Assembly: GCF_044324875.1 (NCBI RefSeq)
Contig: NZ_CP172185.1
Strand: one strand, 5' to 3'
DNA length: 64,000 nucleotides
Source of the DNA: Escherichia coli
GTDB lineage: Bacteria > Pseudomonadota > Gammaproteobacteria > Enterobacterales > Enterobacteriaceae
Part shown: one piece after another, positions 21,658 through 33,169 of the stretch
How positions within the stretch are numbered: position 1 is the stretch's first letter
How the letters are laid out: each line of letters starts with the position of its first letter
Program-made: the position numbers and the translations under genes
The notes under the pieces: generated by a model
The model's input: only the letters and a program-made list of their open reading frames with translations
Databases searched by the model: none
Told to the model about the DNA's origin: nothing

Positions 21658-23132
21658 CCCAGCATCGAGCCGGTTGCAATTAAATTACGGTGTAAATCGA
21701 AGACGTGGCTAAGATCGTGGTGAATATGTCCGCCGGGCGCATTTTCCAGATAGCGATGCAGATAATCCCGATACATAGGATGTGCACAATTATCAATGAT
21801 AGTGCGGGCGCGTTGAAGCGGGGAAAGACCACGCAGATCGGCGATCCCTTGTTCGGTGATGATCACTTTGACGCTGTGTTCGCTGTGATCAACATGGCTG
21901 CACATTGGCACGACGGTTGAGATCTTGCCTTCTTTAGCAATCGACGGGGCCATAAAGATCGACAGATACGCGTTGCGTTCAAAATCGCCGCTGCCACCGA
22001 TGCCGTTCATCAGATCGACCCCGGCTACGTGCGTTGAGTTGGCATGCCCGTAAATATCAAACTCCAGGCCGACGTTCAGAGCGATGACGCCCAGACGACG
22101 GATGATTTCCGGGTTATTGGAAATCTCCTGCGGACGCAACACAATGCGGCTGGCAAAGTAATCCATATTGTCGTAAATCTTGCGCAGGGAATCGGCCGAG
22201 ATAGTCAGGCTGGAGGCGCTGGCCCCGCTGATTTTGCCCGTTTCCAGTAAATGCACCACCGATTCCTGTAGCACTTCCGAATACATCATAAACGGAGGAA
22301 TTTCCGGATTTTCCCCCAGACGCGCCATTACCGCATTATTGATGTTGCCCACGCCACTTTGCAGCGGCAGAAATTCCGGCGGAATACGCCCATGCGCCAT
22401 TTCCTGCAACAAGAACGTGACCACGTTATCGGCAATCTGCTGGCACATGGGATTTTGCTTATCCAGCATATTACCGGCGTCGGGCAAGTTGGTTTCCACG
22501 ACGGCGACAATCTTTTTCGGATCGATTTGCACATAGCGGGTACCGACGCGATCCATTGCATGGAAGATCGACACGCTATTGCGCCGCGGTGGCGCGCCAG
22601 GAATCACAATATCTGCCAGTTCTGCAACGCGCGGATCGTGATAGTGATTGAGTTCAATGATCACTTTCTTCGCCCGCAGCAGCCAGGTCGGCGCATTACC
22701 GATCCCGCTGGTTAACCAGACTCGACCATCCGGTGCCAGTGCCGATGCTTCAATGACGGCAACATCAATTTCGCCGAAGAAACCGTAATTGACCATTTGC
22801 GCCACTTCGCTCAAATGCAGGTCAACGAAACTCACCGCGCCCTGATTGATCTTTTTACGTAAACCGGACGATGTTTGATATGGCGCACGCTAGGAAACAG
22901 CATCGGCGTCAGAAAGTACATCGTCAGCGGCGGCGCTGATTGACGCCCCCGTCAGCAGGCGAATTTGATACGGCTTTTTGGCCTCATGCTGTTCGTTAGC
23001 TCTGCGGGCAATCGCGGTGGGTAAGGCTTTCGGCGAACCCGCTGGGGTAAAGCCGCTAAATGCCACCATGTCGTTATGCTGGATAATTTCTGCCGCTTCA
23101 TCGGCGGTCATCCTTGTCCACTGAGTTTCCAT
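21654..23132 (-). pseudogene. scpC: Propionyl-CoA:succinate CoA-transferase interrupted by an in-frame amber codon
   Basis: N-terminal 80 codons (METQWTRMTADEAAEIIQ...DADAVS) end at TAG (minus strand, 22890–22892); the same frame continues with the rest of ScpC; the full span is 492 codons. Confidence 0.75.
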
Positions 23133-23155
23133 TTTAACTCCTTCGTTCGCAGGGA

Positions 23156-23941
23156 TTAATGACCAACGAAATTAGGTTTACGTTTTTCGAGGAAAGCGTT
23201 CATCCCTTCCTGGTAATCTTCGCTGTCATAAACCGCGCGGCGCATCCCCTGAATACGTTCAAATTCATCGGAGTTCATGGTGTGTGCTTCGCCCAGTACA
23301 CGCAGCTCTTCTTTGATAACGGCAATGGCTAACGGCGCTTTCTCAGAGATGTGGTGCGCCATTTGTAAGGTGAAATCTTCCAGTTCTTCCACTTCCACAA
23401 CATGGTTGAGGATGCCGACAGCCAGCGCGCGCTGGGCGGTGATTGGCGAAGCGGTAAAAATCAGCTCTTTGACAATGTGGAAGCCCGCGTCGCGGGTCAG
23501 GTTGTGAATGCCGACCAGGTTATACGGGACGCCGAGGTTTACAGGTGTCATTGAGAAGGTTGAGGTACTGGCGGCGATGATCAGATCGGAACTCATGATC
23601 ATTTCAAATGCGCCACCCCAGACACTACCTTCCACCATCGAAATGATCGGTTTCGGGAATTTTTGGATCATGCGGGTGATTTGACGCAATGGATCATCAT
23701 AGGAGAGCGGATCGCGACCGCCAGACGGCAGTTCGTGAATATCGTGACCTGCGGAGAAGACTTTGGATCCACTCGGCGCGCGCAAAATGATACAGCGAAT
23801 TTCCGGCCGGTTGAGATCGCTTAACGCCTGCATAAGATCATCAATAAAGACTTTACTTAAGGCATTAAGTTTTCGGCCATAGTTAAACTCAATGACCGCC
23901 ACTTTGTTGATAGTGACAACGTTCACATACTGATAAGACAT
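23156..23941 (-). CDS. scpB: Methylmalonyl-CoA decarboxylase
   Basis: 261 aa starting MSYQYVNVVTINKVAVIEF; enoyl-CoA hydratase family. Confidence 0.93.
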   Translation of the reverse strand: MSYQYVNVVTINKVAVIEFNYGRKLNALSKVFIDDLMQALSDLNRPEIRCIILRAPSGSKVFSAGHDIHELPSGGRDPLSYDDPLRQITRMIQKFPKPIISMVEGSVWGGAFEMIMSSDLIIAASTSTFSMTPVNLGVPYNLVGIHNLTRDAGFHIVKELIFTASPITAQRALAVGILNHVVEVEELEDFTLQMAHHISEKAPLAIAVIKEELRVLGEAHTMNSDEFERIQGMRRAVYDSEDYQEGMNAFLEKRKPNFVGH

Positions 23942-23951
23942 AAAAATTCCT

Positions 23952-24947
23952 TTAATCAAAATATTGCGTCTGGATAAATTCACTGAGCTGCCGCAGGCCG
24001 GTGCGCGGTGAGAGCGTATTGTTTTTGACCGCTAAAAGCGTCTGGCGGTAATAGCGATCGAAATCTTCATTCGCGAACAGGTGATTCAGTACTTCTTCTT
24101 CGGTTTGTTTACGCAGCCATTCCACCGATTGTTGTTGCCGCACTTGTTGTAATCGACCACTGGCAGTTAGCGCGGTTTTGAAGTCGATGATGGCGTGCCA
24201 GATCTCATCGATTCCACGTTTTTCCAGTGCGCTACAAGTCAGAACCCGTGGCTGCCATTCGTCGTATTTACGTCGCAGAATATGCAGGGCACTCTCGTAC
24301 ATATGCCGGGCAATGGCGATATTGGTATGGTTATCGCCATCGTCTTTGTTGATAACGATCAGATCTGCCACTTCCATCAGCCCCTTTTTAATGCCCTGCA
24401 GATCATCGCCGCCACCGGCAATTTGCAACGAGATAAAACAGTCCACCATGCGGGCGACTTCCGTTTCTGACTGCCCGACGCCAACCGTTTCGACAATCAC
24501 TACGTCATAACCCGCCGCTTCGCATAACAGCATTAATTCCCGCGCTCGCTGACTGGCACCGCCCAGATGGCCGGAGGAGGGTACCGGGCGAATAAACGCC
24601 GCCTCGGCACGCGCCAGGTCATTCATGCGGGTTTTATCCCCGAGGATGCTACCGCCAGTGACCGGGCTGCTAGGATCGACCGCAATAACCGCAACCTTTA
24701 ATCCATCACGAATCAACAACATGCCAAAGGCTTCAAGAAAGGTACTTTTCCCCGCGCCGGGTGTGCCGGTAACGCCCAGTCGCAGGGCGTTACCACAGAA
24801 CGGCATAATGGCATCAAGCAGCTGCGTACTTAGCGCCTGATGACGCGGGTGACGGCTTTCTACCAGCGTCATGGCCTGGGCGAGCGTGGCACGCTCACCC
24901 TGACGTAAGCGGCGAATACTTTCTGCCAGCGTGGCTTCATTAATCAT
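23952..24947 (-). CDS. argK: Methylmalonyl-CoA mutase-associated GTPase (MeaB-like)
   Basis: 331 aa; P-loop GTPGAGKST; overlaps scpA by 8 nt. Confidence 0.93.
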   Translation of the reverse strand: MINEATLAESIRRLRQGERATLAQAMTLVESRHPRHQALSTQLLDAIMPFCGNALRLGVTGTPGAGKSTFLEAFGMLLIRDGLKVAVIAVDPSSPVTGGSILGDKTRMNDLARAEAAFIRPVPSSGHLGGASQRARELMLLCEAAGYDVVIVETVGVGQSETEVARMVDCFISLQIAGGGDDLQGIKKGLMEVADLIVINKDDGDNHTNIAIARHMYESALHILRRKYDEWQPRVLTCSALEKRGIDEIWHAIIDFKTALTASGRLQQVRQQQSVEWLRKQTEEEVLNHLFANEDFDRYYRQTLLAVKNNTLSPRTGLRQLSEFIQTQYFD

Positions 24948-27084
24948 GATGCTGGCTTATCAGATTCAGTACGTCGCGCACGCTGTCGAGCATAGGTGTA
25001 CCTGGACCATAAATCGCCGCCACGCCGCGCTCTTGCAGGAAGGCGTAATCCTGCGGCGGAATGACGCCACCCGCGACCACGCAGATATCTTCGCGTCCCC
25101 ATTTTTTCAGCGCTTCGACCAGTTCCGGGATCAGCGTTTTATGACCGGCAGCCAGTGAAGATGCGCCCACTACGTGAACGTCGTTTTCTACTGCCAGGCG
25201 GGCGATCTCTTCAGGTGTAGAGAACATCGGGCTTAAATCTACGTCGAAACCGAGATCGGAATAGGCGCTGGCGATCACTTTTGCGCCGCGATCGTGCCCA
25301 TCCTGGCCCATTTTGGCGATCAGAATGCGCGGGCGACGACCATTGTCGGCAAGGAACTGCTCCGTTTGCGCAACAATGGCATCGAACTCGGTGGCCGATT
25401 TCTCAGACTGATGATAGCTTTGCGCAATCACGCCGGTAACACACTGGCTTGGCACCAGATAACGGTCAAATGCCGCTTCCAGCGCATCGGAAATTTCACC
25501 AAGCGTTGCGCGAACGCGAGCGGCATTAACAGCGGCAGCCAGCAGGTTTTCGTTATGCTGTGCGGCGTGAGTCAGGGCGTTCAACGCGGCGGTTACGGCG
25601 GCATCATCACGGGTGGCGCGAATGCGTTCCAGCGAAGCAATTTGCTCGTTACGCACCATCACGTTGTCGATCTCAAGTACATCGGTTTCGTCTTCGTGAT
25701 CCAGTTTGTACTTGTTGACACCAACGATGACACGCTTGCCCTGGTCGATCAACGACTGTTCGCGCGCGGAAGCCTCTTCGATCATTCGTTTTGGCAGACC
25801 TGCTTCGATCGCTTTCGCCATGCCACCGGCTTCGTCGATCTGTTGGATAATGGCTCTGGCTTGTTTGACGATTTGATCGGTCAGCGATTCAACGTAATAG
25901 GATCCGGCCAGTGGATCGACGGTGCGGCAGAGTTCTGATTCTTCCTGAATGATGATCTGGGTGTTGCGGGCAATGCGTGCTGAGAAATCGGTAGGCAAAC
26001 CAAGCGCTTCATCAAAGGCGTTGGTATGCAGTGACTGAGTACCGCCCAGCGTTGCAGCCAGTGCTTCAATGGTGGTGCGGATAACGTTGTTATACGGATC
26101 CTGTTCAGTCAGGCTCCAGCCTGAGGTCTGGCAGTGGGTACGCAGCGCCAGTGATTTCGGATCCTGTGCGCCAAATCCACTGACCGCTTCGCTCCATAAA
26201 TAACGTGCCGCACGCAACATGGCGACGTTCATAAACAGATCCATGCCAATGCCGAAGAAGAACGACAGGCGAGGAGCGAAGTCATCAATTTTCAGCCCGG
26301 CGGAGATTGCTGCTTTGATGTACTCAATCCCATCAGCGAGCGTAAATGCTACCTGCTGCACGCAGTTGGCACCCGCTTCACCCATATGGTAACCGCTGAT
26401 ACTGATGGTATTAAATCGCGGCATGTTGCCGGAACACCAGGCGATGATGTCTGCGATAATACGCATTGACGGTTTTGGCGGGTAAATATAGGTGTTGCGG
26501 CAAAGATACTCTTTGAGGATATCGTTTTGAATGGTGCCGGTCAGTTTATCGGGTGTAACACCTTGCTCTTCTGCGGCGACAATATAAAACGCCAGTACTG
26601 GTAGTACTGCGCCATTCATGGTCATCGAAACCGACATTTTATCCAGCGGGATCTGGTCGAACAGGACTTTCATATCTTCCACGGTGTCGATAGCAACGCC
26701 CGCTTTGCCGACGTCGCCCGCCACGCGCGGGTTATCGGAGTCGTAGCCTCGGTGGGTGGCAAGGTCAAACGCAACGGAAAGACCTTTTTGCCCGGCGGCC
26801 AGGTTACGGCGATAAAAAGCGTTGGACTCTTTTGCTGTTGAAAAACCAGCATACTGACGGATGGTCCACGGTTGGGCGGTATACATAGTGGCACGCGGGC
26901 CACGAACGTAGGGCGGCAAACCAGGAAGGGTACCTGTCACCTCCAGATTATCGAGATCGGCTTCGGTATACAGCGGCTTGATGGCGATCCCTTCCGCGGT
27001 TTGCTGAACCAGCGAGTCGACAGTTTTCTCCCGACGGCTCAATTCCTTGTTGGCAAGCTGTTGCCACTCCTGCACCTTAGACAT
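24940..27084 (-). CDS. scpA: Methylmalonyl-CoA mutase
   Basis: 714 aa from [15 protein letters not shown]; full-length match to Sbm/ScpA. Confidence 0.95.
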   Translation of the reverse strand: MSKVQEWQQLANKELSRREKTVDSLVQQTAEGIAIKPLYTEADLDNLEVTGTLPGLPPYVRGPRATMYTAQPWTIRQYAGFSTAKESNAFYRRNLAAGQKGLSVAFDLATHRGYDSDNPRVAGDVGKAGVAIDTVEDMKVLFDQIPLDKMSVSMTMNGAVLPVLAFYIVAAEEQGVTPDKLTGTIQNDILKEYLCRNTYIYPPKPSMRIIADIIAWCSGNMPRFNTISISGYHMGEAGANCVQQVAFTLADGIEYIKAAISAGLKIDDFAPRLSFFFGIGMDLFMNVAMLRAARYLWSEAVSGFGAQDPKSLALRTHCQTSGWSLTEQDPYNNVIRTTIEALAATLGGTQSLHTNAFDEALGLPTDFSARIARNTQIIIQEESELCRTVDPLAGSYYVESLTDQIVKQARAIIQQIDEAGGMAKAIEAGLPKRMIEEASAREQSLIDQGKRVIVGVNKYKLDHEDETDVLEIDNVMVRNEQIASLERIRATRDDAAVTAALNALTHAAQHNENLLAAAVNAARVRATLGEISDALEAAFDRYLVPSQCVTGVIAQSYHQSEKSATEFDAIVAQTEQFLADNGRRPRILIAKMGQDGHDRGAKVIASAYSDLGFDVDLSPMFSTPEEIARLAVENDVHVVGASSLAAGHKTLIPELVEALKKWGREDICVVAGGVIPPQDYAFLQERGVAAIYGPGTPMLDSVRDVLNLISQHHD

Positions 27085-27286
27085 TATTTGCTCCGTAAAA
27101 CGCAATCAAAATGAGGGTATTTGCGCTTACGGTGAGCTTTTTACGTGGGTTTGTCGCCAGCAAAAAAATGCATTCAGACGTCGTTTTTTGCCGCCTGAGA
27201 TTTGTCTATTTTGTGATGTGATTCAAGGAATACAAAAAGAAGTGAGGATAACGCCTGATATGTGCTATCAGGCATTATTTGATGGA

Positions 27287-28180
27287 TTAATCCTGACGAA
27301 GGACTTTGTGACCATAATCGAGCAACGCATCAGTGACTTTACGCATCATGCGGCTTTCAGGAGCAAAGCGGTGCCAGTAGAGCATCCGGCGTTGAAATAG
27401 CCCTGGCGTTAAGTCAATCAGTTCACCGCTGGCCAGTTCTTTCTCGATTTGCAGGTGCGGGATCATACAGCAGGTGGTGCCCTGGCGAGCAAGTTGCACG
27501 AACGCTTCTGAAGAATTAACGATATGGCACGGTACGCTGCCTGGGGGCAGATCGAAGTTTTGCTGCAAAAAGGCCTGGTGCATATCGTCAAGATGGTCAA
27601 AGGCGACCACAGGTGCTTTCAGTAATGCCGAACGCGTTACGCCGTTAGGGAAATATTTTTCGGCAAACGGTTTTGAGCTGACGAACAGATAGTCGAGCGC
27701 ACCGAGCTTATCGACAAGACAGCTCGGCAGCGCCTGATGTTGAATACTCACCGCGCCGACCACTTCGCCGCGGCGCAGGCGTTCCTGAGTGCGGGTTTCA
27801 TCTTCTACCTGCAAGTTGAGGCGGATAGGCGAATCAGCCAATACAGGAGCCAGCGCCGGAAGCAACCACGTCGCCAGACTGTCGGCGTTGACCGCCAGTG
27901 AAAGCAGCAGCGGAGTCGAACCGGTTTGTTCATCGCCCAGCCACTCTTCTTCCAGCAACTCCACCTGGCGCAGCAGTGCCAGCAGTTTTTGCCCTTGTTC
28001 TGTCGGGCGCGGTGGTACGGTACGCACCAACAGCGGCTGCCCGAACATATTTTCCAGTTGCTTAATGCGTTGTGAGACGGCTGATTGTGTAATGCACAGC
28101 TTTTGTGCCGCGCGCTCAAATCCTCGTTCACGTATCACCGCATCCAGTGCCTGTAATGTTCTGTAGTCCGGGCGTTTCAT
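27287..28180 (-). CDS. argP: LysR-family regulator ArgP (IciA)
   Basis: 297 aa starting [43 protein letters not shown]. Confidence 0.95.
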
Positions 28181-28518
28181 TGCTGTTGTCTGCTCCTGGT
28201 AAATGCTTTTTCCTGCACTATGACACAATTTTGTGTCAGGTTGCATATACCGAAGCCGTCGGTGGGTAACATTTGTATCAATGGTTAAACGCGCAGCTTA
28301 AAAGATCAGGGATTTGCGCTATTGCATTTCGCTTAGCGACTTCGCGCCCTGGTTATGTTGAATGGCGTGGCGTTATTGCCTCTGATCGCACCGTGGAGCG
28401 GCATACCCAGACCGTTATATGCTTTATTTGCCGGGCGAAAGGGGATGCCTGCCATTGCGCGATATTTTATGGATGAGTTAACCACGCGGCTTGCCAACGG
28501 GGTCTGAATCGCTTTTTT

Positions 28519-28645
28519 GTATATACTCGTCATACTTCAAGTTGCATGTGCTGCGTCTGCGTTCGCTCACCCCAGTCACTTACTTCTGTAAGCTCCTGGG
28601 GATTCACTCTCTTGTCGCCTTCCTGCAACTCGAATTATTTAGAGT
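28519..28645. repeat. ERIC (IRU) element in the argP–rpiA intergenic region
   Basis: Reverse-complement copy of the element at 15463–15592, with a few mismatches. Confidence 0.85.
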
Positions 28646-28684
28646 ATAATGCGTGTGAAATTTCATACCACAGGCGAAACGATC

Positions 28685-29344
28685 ATGACGCAGGATGAAT
28701 TGAAAAAAGCAGTAGGATGGGCGGCACTTCAGTATGTTCAGCCCGGCACCATTGTTGGTGTAGGTACAGGTTCCACCGCCGCACACTTTATTGACGCGCT
28801 CGGCACGATGAAAGGCCAGATTGAAGGGGCCGTTTCCAGTTCAGATGCTTCCACTGAAAAACTGAAAAGCCTCGGCATTCACGTTTTTGATCTCAACGAA
28901 GTCGACAGCCTTGGCATCTACGTTGATGGCGCAGATGAAATCAACGGCCACATGCAAATGATTAAAGGCGGCGGCGCGGCGCTGACCCGTGAAAAAATCA
29001 TTGCTTCGGTTGCAGAAAAATTTATCTGTATTGCCGACGCCTCCAAGCAGGTTGATATTCTGGGCAAATTCCCGCTGCCAGTAGAAGTTATCCCGATGGC
29101 ACGTAGTGCAGTGGCGCGCCAGCTGGTGAAACTGGGCGGTCGTCCGGAATACCGCCAGGGCGTGGTGACCGATAACGGCAACGTGATCCTCGACGTCCAC
29201 GGCATGGAAATCCTTGACCCGATAGCGATGGAAAACGCCATAAATGCGATTCCTGGCGTGGTGACTGTTGGCTTGTTTGCTAACCGTGGCGCGGACGTTG
29301 CGCTGATTGGCACACCTGACGGTGTCAAAACCATTGTGAAATGA
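28685..29344 (+). CDS. rpiA: Ribose-5-phosphate isomerase A
   Basis: 219 aa starting [31 protein letters not shown]. Confidence 0.97.
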
Positions 29345-29599
29345 TCTGACGGGGGAACCTCCCCCGTTAAAAAAATTCTCTTCATTAAATTTGGTGACAT
29401 GTGTCACGTTTTTACCTGGCTATTGTCGATTGCTCTAAATAAATCTTCTAAACCAGCATATTCATCCAAGAAATACCTTTGCGTGATATTTCCTCAACAT
29501 CGCGACGCAAACGTTCATATTGCCGCAATATTATTTTTTGATATGTTGAAAGGCGGATGCAAATCCGCACACAACATTTCAAAAGACAGGATTGGGTAA

Positions 29600-30832
29600 A
29601 TGGCAAAGGTATCGCTGGAGAAAGACAAGATTAAGTTTCTGCTGGTTGAAGGCGTGCACCAAAAGGCGCTTGAAAGCCTTCGTGCAGCGGGTTACACCAA
29701 CATCGAATTTCACAAAGGCGCGCTGGATGATGAACAATTAAAAGAATCCATCCGCGATGCCCACTTCATCGGCCTGCGATCCCGTACCCATCTGACTGAA
29801 GACGTGATCAACGCCGCAGAAAAACTGGTCGCTATTGGCTGTTTCTGTATCGGAACAAACCAGGTTGATCTGGATGCGGCGGCAAAACGCGGGATCCCGG
29901 TATTTAACGCACCGTTCTCAAATACGCGCTCTGTTGCGGAGCTGGTGATTGGCGAACTGCTGCTGCTATTGCGCGGCGTGCCGGAAGCCAATGCTAAAGC
30001 GCACCGTGGCGTGTGGAACAAACTGGCGGCGGGTTCTTTTGAAGCGCGCGGCAAAAAGCTGGGTATCATCGGCTACGGTCATATTGGTACGCAATTGGGC
30101 ATTCTGGCTGAATCGCTGGGAATGTATGTTTACTTTTATGATATTGAAAACAAACTGCCGCTGGGCAACGCCACTCAGGTACAGCATCTTTCTGACCTGC
30201 TGAATATGAGCGATGTGGTGAGTCTGCATGTACCAGAGAATCCGTCCACCAAAAATATGATGGGCGCGAAAGAGATTTCACTAATGAAGCCCGGCTCGCT
30301 GCTGATTAATGCTTCGCGCGGTACTGTGGTGGATATTCCGGCGCTGTGTGACGCGCTGGCGAGCAAACATCTGGCGGGGGCGGCAATCGACGTATTCCCG
30401 ACGGAACCGGCGACCAACAGCGATCCATTTACCTCTCCGCTGTGTGAATTCGACAACGTCCTTCTGACGCCACACATCGGCGGTTCGACTCAGGAAGCGC
30501 AGGAGAATATCGGCCTGGAAGTTGCAGGTAAATTGATCAAGTATTCTGACAATGGCTCAACGCTCTCTGCAGTGAACTTCCCGGAAGTCTCGCTGCCACT
30601 GCACGGTGGGCGTCGTCTGATGCACATCCACGAAAACCGTCCGGGCGTGCTAACTGCGCTGAACAAAATCTTCGCCGAGCAGGGCGTCAACATCGCTGCC
30701 CAGTATCTGCAAACCTCTGCGCAAATGGGTTACGTAGTTATTGATATTGAAGCTGATGAAGACGTTGCCGAAAAGGCGCTGCAGGCAATGAAAGCTATTC
30801 CGGGTACCATTCGCGCCCGTCTGCTGTACTAA
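29600..30832 (+). CDS. serA: D-3-phosphoglycerate dehydrogenase
   Basis: 410 aa; full-length match to SerA including the C-terminal ACT domain. Confidence 0.97.
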   Translation: MAKVSLEKDKIKFLLVEGVHQKALESLRAAGYTNIEFHKGALDDEQLKESIRDAHFIGLRSRTHLTEDVINAAEKLVAIGCFCIGTNQVDLDAAAKRGIPVFNAPFSNTRSVAELVIGELLLLLRGVPEANAKAHRGVWNKLAAGSFEARGKKLGIIGYGHIGTQLGILAESLGMYVYFYDIENKLPLGNATQVQHLSDLLNMSDVVSLHVPENPSTKNMMGAKEISLMKPGSLLINASRGTVVDIPALCDALASKHLAGAAIDVFPTEPATNSDPFTSPLCEFDNVLLTPHIGGSTQEAQENIGLEVAGKLIKYSDNGSTLSAVNFPEVSLPLHGGRRLMHIHENRPGVLTALNKIFAEQGVNIAAQYLQTSAQMGYVVIDIEADEDVAEKALQAMKAIPGTIRARLLY

Positions 30833-30853
30833 TTCCCCTTCTCTGAAAATCAA

Positions 30854-30883
30854 CGGGCAGGTCACTGACTTGCCCGTTTTTTT
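30854..30883 (+). terminator. serA intrinsic terminator
   Basis: cgggcag...ctgcccg hairpin followed by a T7 tract. Confidence 0.75.
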
Positions 30884-30989
30884 ATCGCTTCTCCACACCG
30901 TTGCCGCGTTGTGCATTCGGCTTTGCGAGTCTGCTCCAGAAAATAAATCAAAGTCAGATCAATGCGTTGTGTTTATTTAATGGGGATTT

Positions 30990-31140
30990 ACGATGGCAGG
31001 GCAGCATGGTGCTGTAACGGTAAAGCCCTCACCGAAGCGAGGGCTTGAAGGAGAAGGGTTATGATGCGACTTGTCATCATACTGATTGTACTGTTACTCA
31101 TAAGTTTCCCAGCTTATTAACAGTCAGTCTCAGGGGAGGA
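30990..31140 (-). ncRNA. sibC: SibC antisense sRNA (antitoxin of ibsC); boundaries approximate
   Basis: Expected from the position between serA and ygfA and the presence of the ibsC ORF on the opposite strand; ends not determined from sequence. Confidence 0.4.
31061..31120 (+). CDS. ibsC: Type I toxin IbsC (19-aa hydrophobic peptide)
   Basis: ATGATGCGACTTGTCATC... encodes MMRLVIILIVLLLISFPAY; followed by a gggaggaGTCATcctccc hairpin. Confidence 0.8.
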   Translation: MMRLVIILIVLLLISFPAY

Positions 31141-31220
31141 GTCATCCTCCCTTACCCTTACTCACTAAATTAGGTTAAAGAATCAACGATGTCAATCAGG
31201 GCGATGCAGGTGTGTCGCCC

Positions 31221-31769
31221 TTACCACTCCCAGACTTTCGACGGTGTAACCACCGCAGGAAGTGGGATATCCCACTCTTCAACGGGGAGTTTTTCCACCA
31301 ACTGACAATCATGCGCATAACCCACCGGTTGCATTTGATAGCGCTGCCAGTTTTGTAAGGTCCGATCATAAAAACCACCGCCCATTCCCAGGCGCTGACC
31401 GTACTCATCAAAGGCGACCAGCGGTGTGATCAACACGTCTAATCGGGAAAGGGGTAGCACGTCACGCACATCCAGTTTTGGCTCATGGATCTTCAACCTG
31501 TTCATCACCAGTTCGCTTTGCGGATGGTAATTCAGGAACAGCAAATTACCGGCACTAAAGGGATGCAAAACTGGAAGATATACGCGCTTACCGGCGCGCC
31601 AGAGTTGTTCTATGAGTGGCTGGGTGTCGAGTTCGCCATCAAAAGAGAGGAATACAGCGACCGTATGTGCCATCACCACTGGGGGATAAGTCATCATCCG
31701 GGTAGCAGCTTGTTGACCCATTTCCTGCTGTTGTTCCGGCGTTAACGCACGACGACGTTGCCGAATCAT
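31221..31769 (-). CDS. fau: 5-formyltetrahydrofolate cyclo-ligase
   Basis: 182 aa from MIRQRRRALTPEQQQEMGQQAATRMMTYPP; the longer ORF in the track runs into ssrS. Confidence 0.9.
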   Translation of the reverse strand: MIRQRRRALTPEQQQEMGQQAATRMMTYPPVVMAHTVAVFLSFDGELDTQPLIEQLWRAGKRVYLPVLHPFSAGNLLFLNYHPQSELVMNRLKIHEPKLDVRDVLPLSRLDVLITPLVAFDEYGQRLGMGGGFYDRTLQNWQRYQMQPVGYAHDCQLVEKLPVEEWDIPLPAVVTPSKVWEW

Positions 31770-31843
31770 TTTGCGGATTTCTTGTCGGGATAATGTCAGT
31801 GGGAGTTCTGGTAGTTGCGTCATGGCTGGTGCCAGATAAGAAG

Positions 31844-32027
31844 GGAATCTCCGAGATGCCGCCGCAGGCTGTAACCCTTGAACCCTTGGTTCAAGGTGAA
31901 TGTGTCGTCGCAGTTTTAAGGCTTCTCGGACGGACCGAGCATGCTCACCAACCGCGGAGCGCCACATTCTTGTGGTATGAAATATCGGCTCAGGGGACTG
32001 GCCCGCTTGCGAACATCTCAGAGAAAT
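31844..32027 (-). ncRNA. ssrS: 6S RNA
   Basis: Reverse complement matches 6S RNA (5'-ATTTCTCTGAGATGTTCGCAAGCGGGCCAGTCCCCTGAGCC...GGAGATTCC-3'); immediately upstream of fau as in the ssrS-ygfA operon. Confidence 0.9.
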
Positions 32028-32068
32028 TTTGTCTTCACGGTTACTCTACCACAGTAAACCGAAAAGTG

Positions 32069-32464
<396 letters not shown>

Positions 32465-32565
32465 CTATAGCTACCCTGATGAGAAGAGACAAGCCCTTTT
32501 CTGGTCCACCAGGGCCCAAAGTGGTAGCATATCATGAATATTCCTCCCTTTGACGACGAATGCTT

Positions 32566-33144
32566 ATGTCTATACAGAACGAAATGCCTGGTTACAACGA
32601 AATGAACCAGTATCTGAACCAACAAGGGACGGGTCTGACCCCAGCTGAGATGCATGGTTTAATCAGCGGGATGATATGTGGCGGTAACGATGACAGCTCA
32701 TGGCTGCCGCTACTTCACGACCTGACGAACGAAGGCATGGCTTTCGGTCATGAGCTGGCACAGGCACTGCGTAAAATGCACTCTGCCACCAGCGATGCCC
32801 TGCAGGATGACGGTTTCCTTTTTCAGCTTTATCTGCCTGATGGCGATGATGTCAGCGTTTTTGATCGGGCTGATGCGCTGGCAGGTTGGGTTAATCACTT
32901 CCTGCTTGGTCTTGGCGTTACGCAACCGAAGCTGGACAAAGTGACCGGCGAAACCGGTGAAGCCATCGACGATCTGCGTAACATCGCGCAGCTGGGCTAC
33001 GACGAAGACGAAGATCAGGAAGAGCTTGAAATGTCGCTTGAAGAGATCATCGAATACGTTCGTGTTGCCGCGCTGTTATGCCACGACACTTTTACTCATC
33101 CGCAACCGACCGCGCCAGAAGTACAAAAACCGACTCTACACTAA
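32566..33144 (+). CDS. ygfB: UPF0149 family protein YgfB
   Basis: 192 aa from [20 protein letters not shown]. Confidence 0.9.
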
Positions 33145-33169
33145 AAACAAAAAACGTAAGGAGAGTGTT

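Noticed and set aside
28273-28476. 67-aa ORF in the argP–rpiA divergent region (near where the yqfE fragment is annotated in K-12)
   Set aside because: No ribosome-binding site or recognisable domain; cannot be supported from sequence alone.
29348-29377. Hairpin gacgggggaacctcccccgt after rpiA as an intrinsic terminator
   Set aside because: Followed by an A run rather than a T run on the rpiA strand; may be a structural element, not called as a terminator.
31770-31967. Upstream extension of the fau/ygfA ORF
   Set aside because: The extension overlaps the 6S RNA gene; the protein begins at MIRQRRR.
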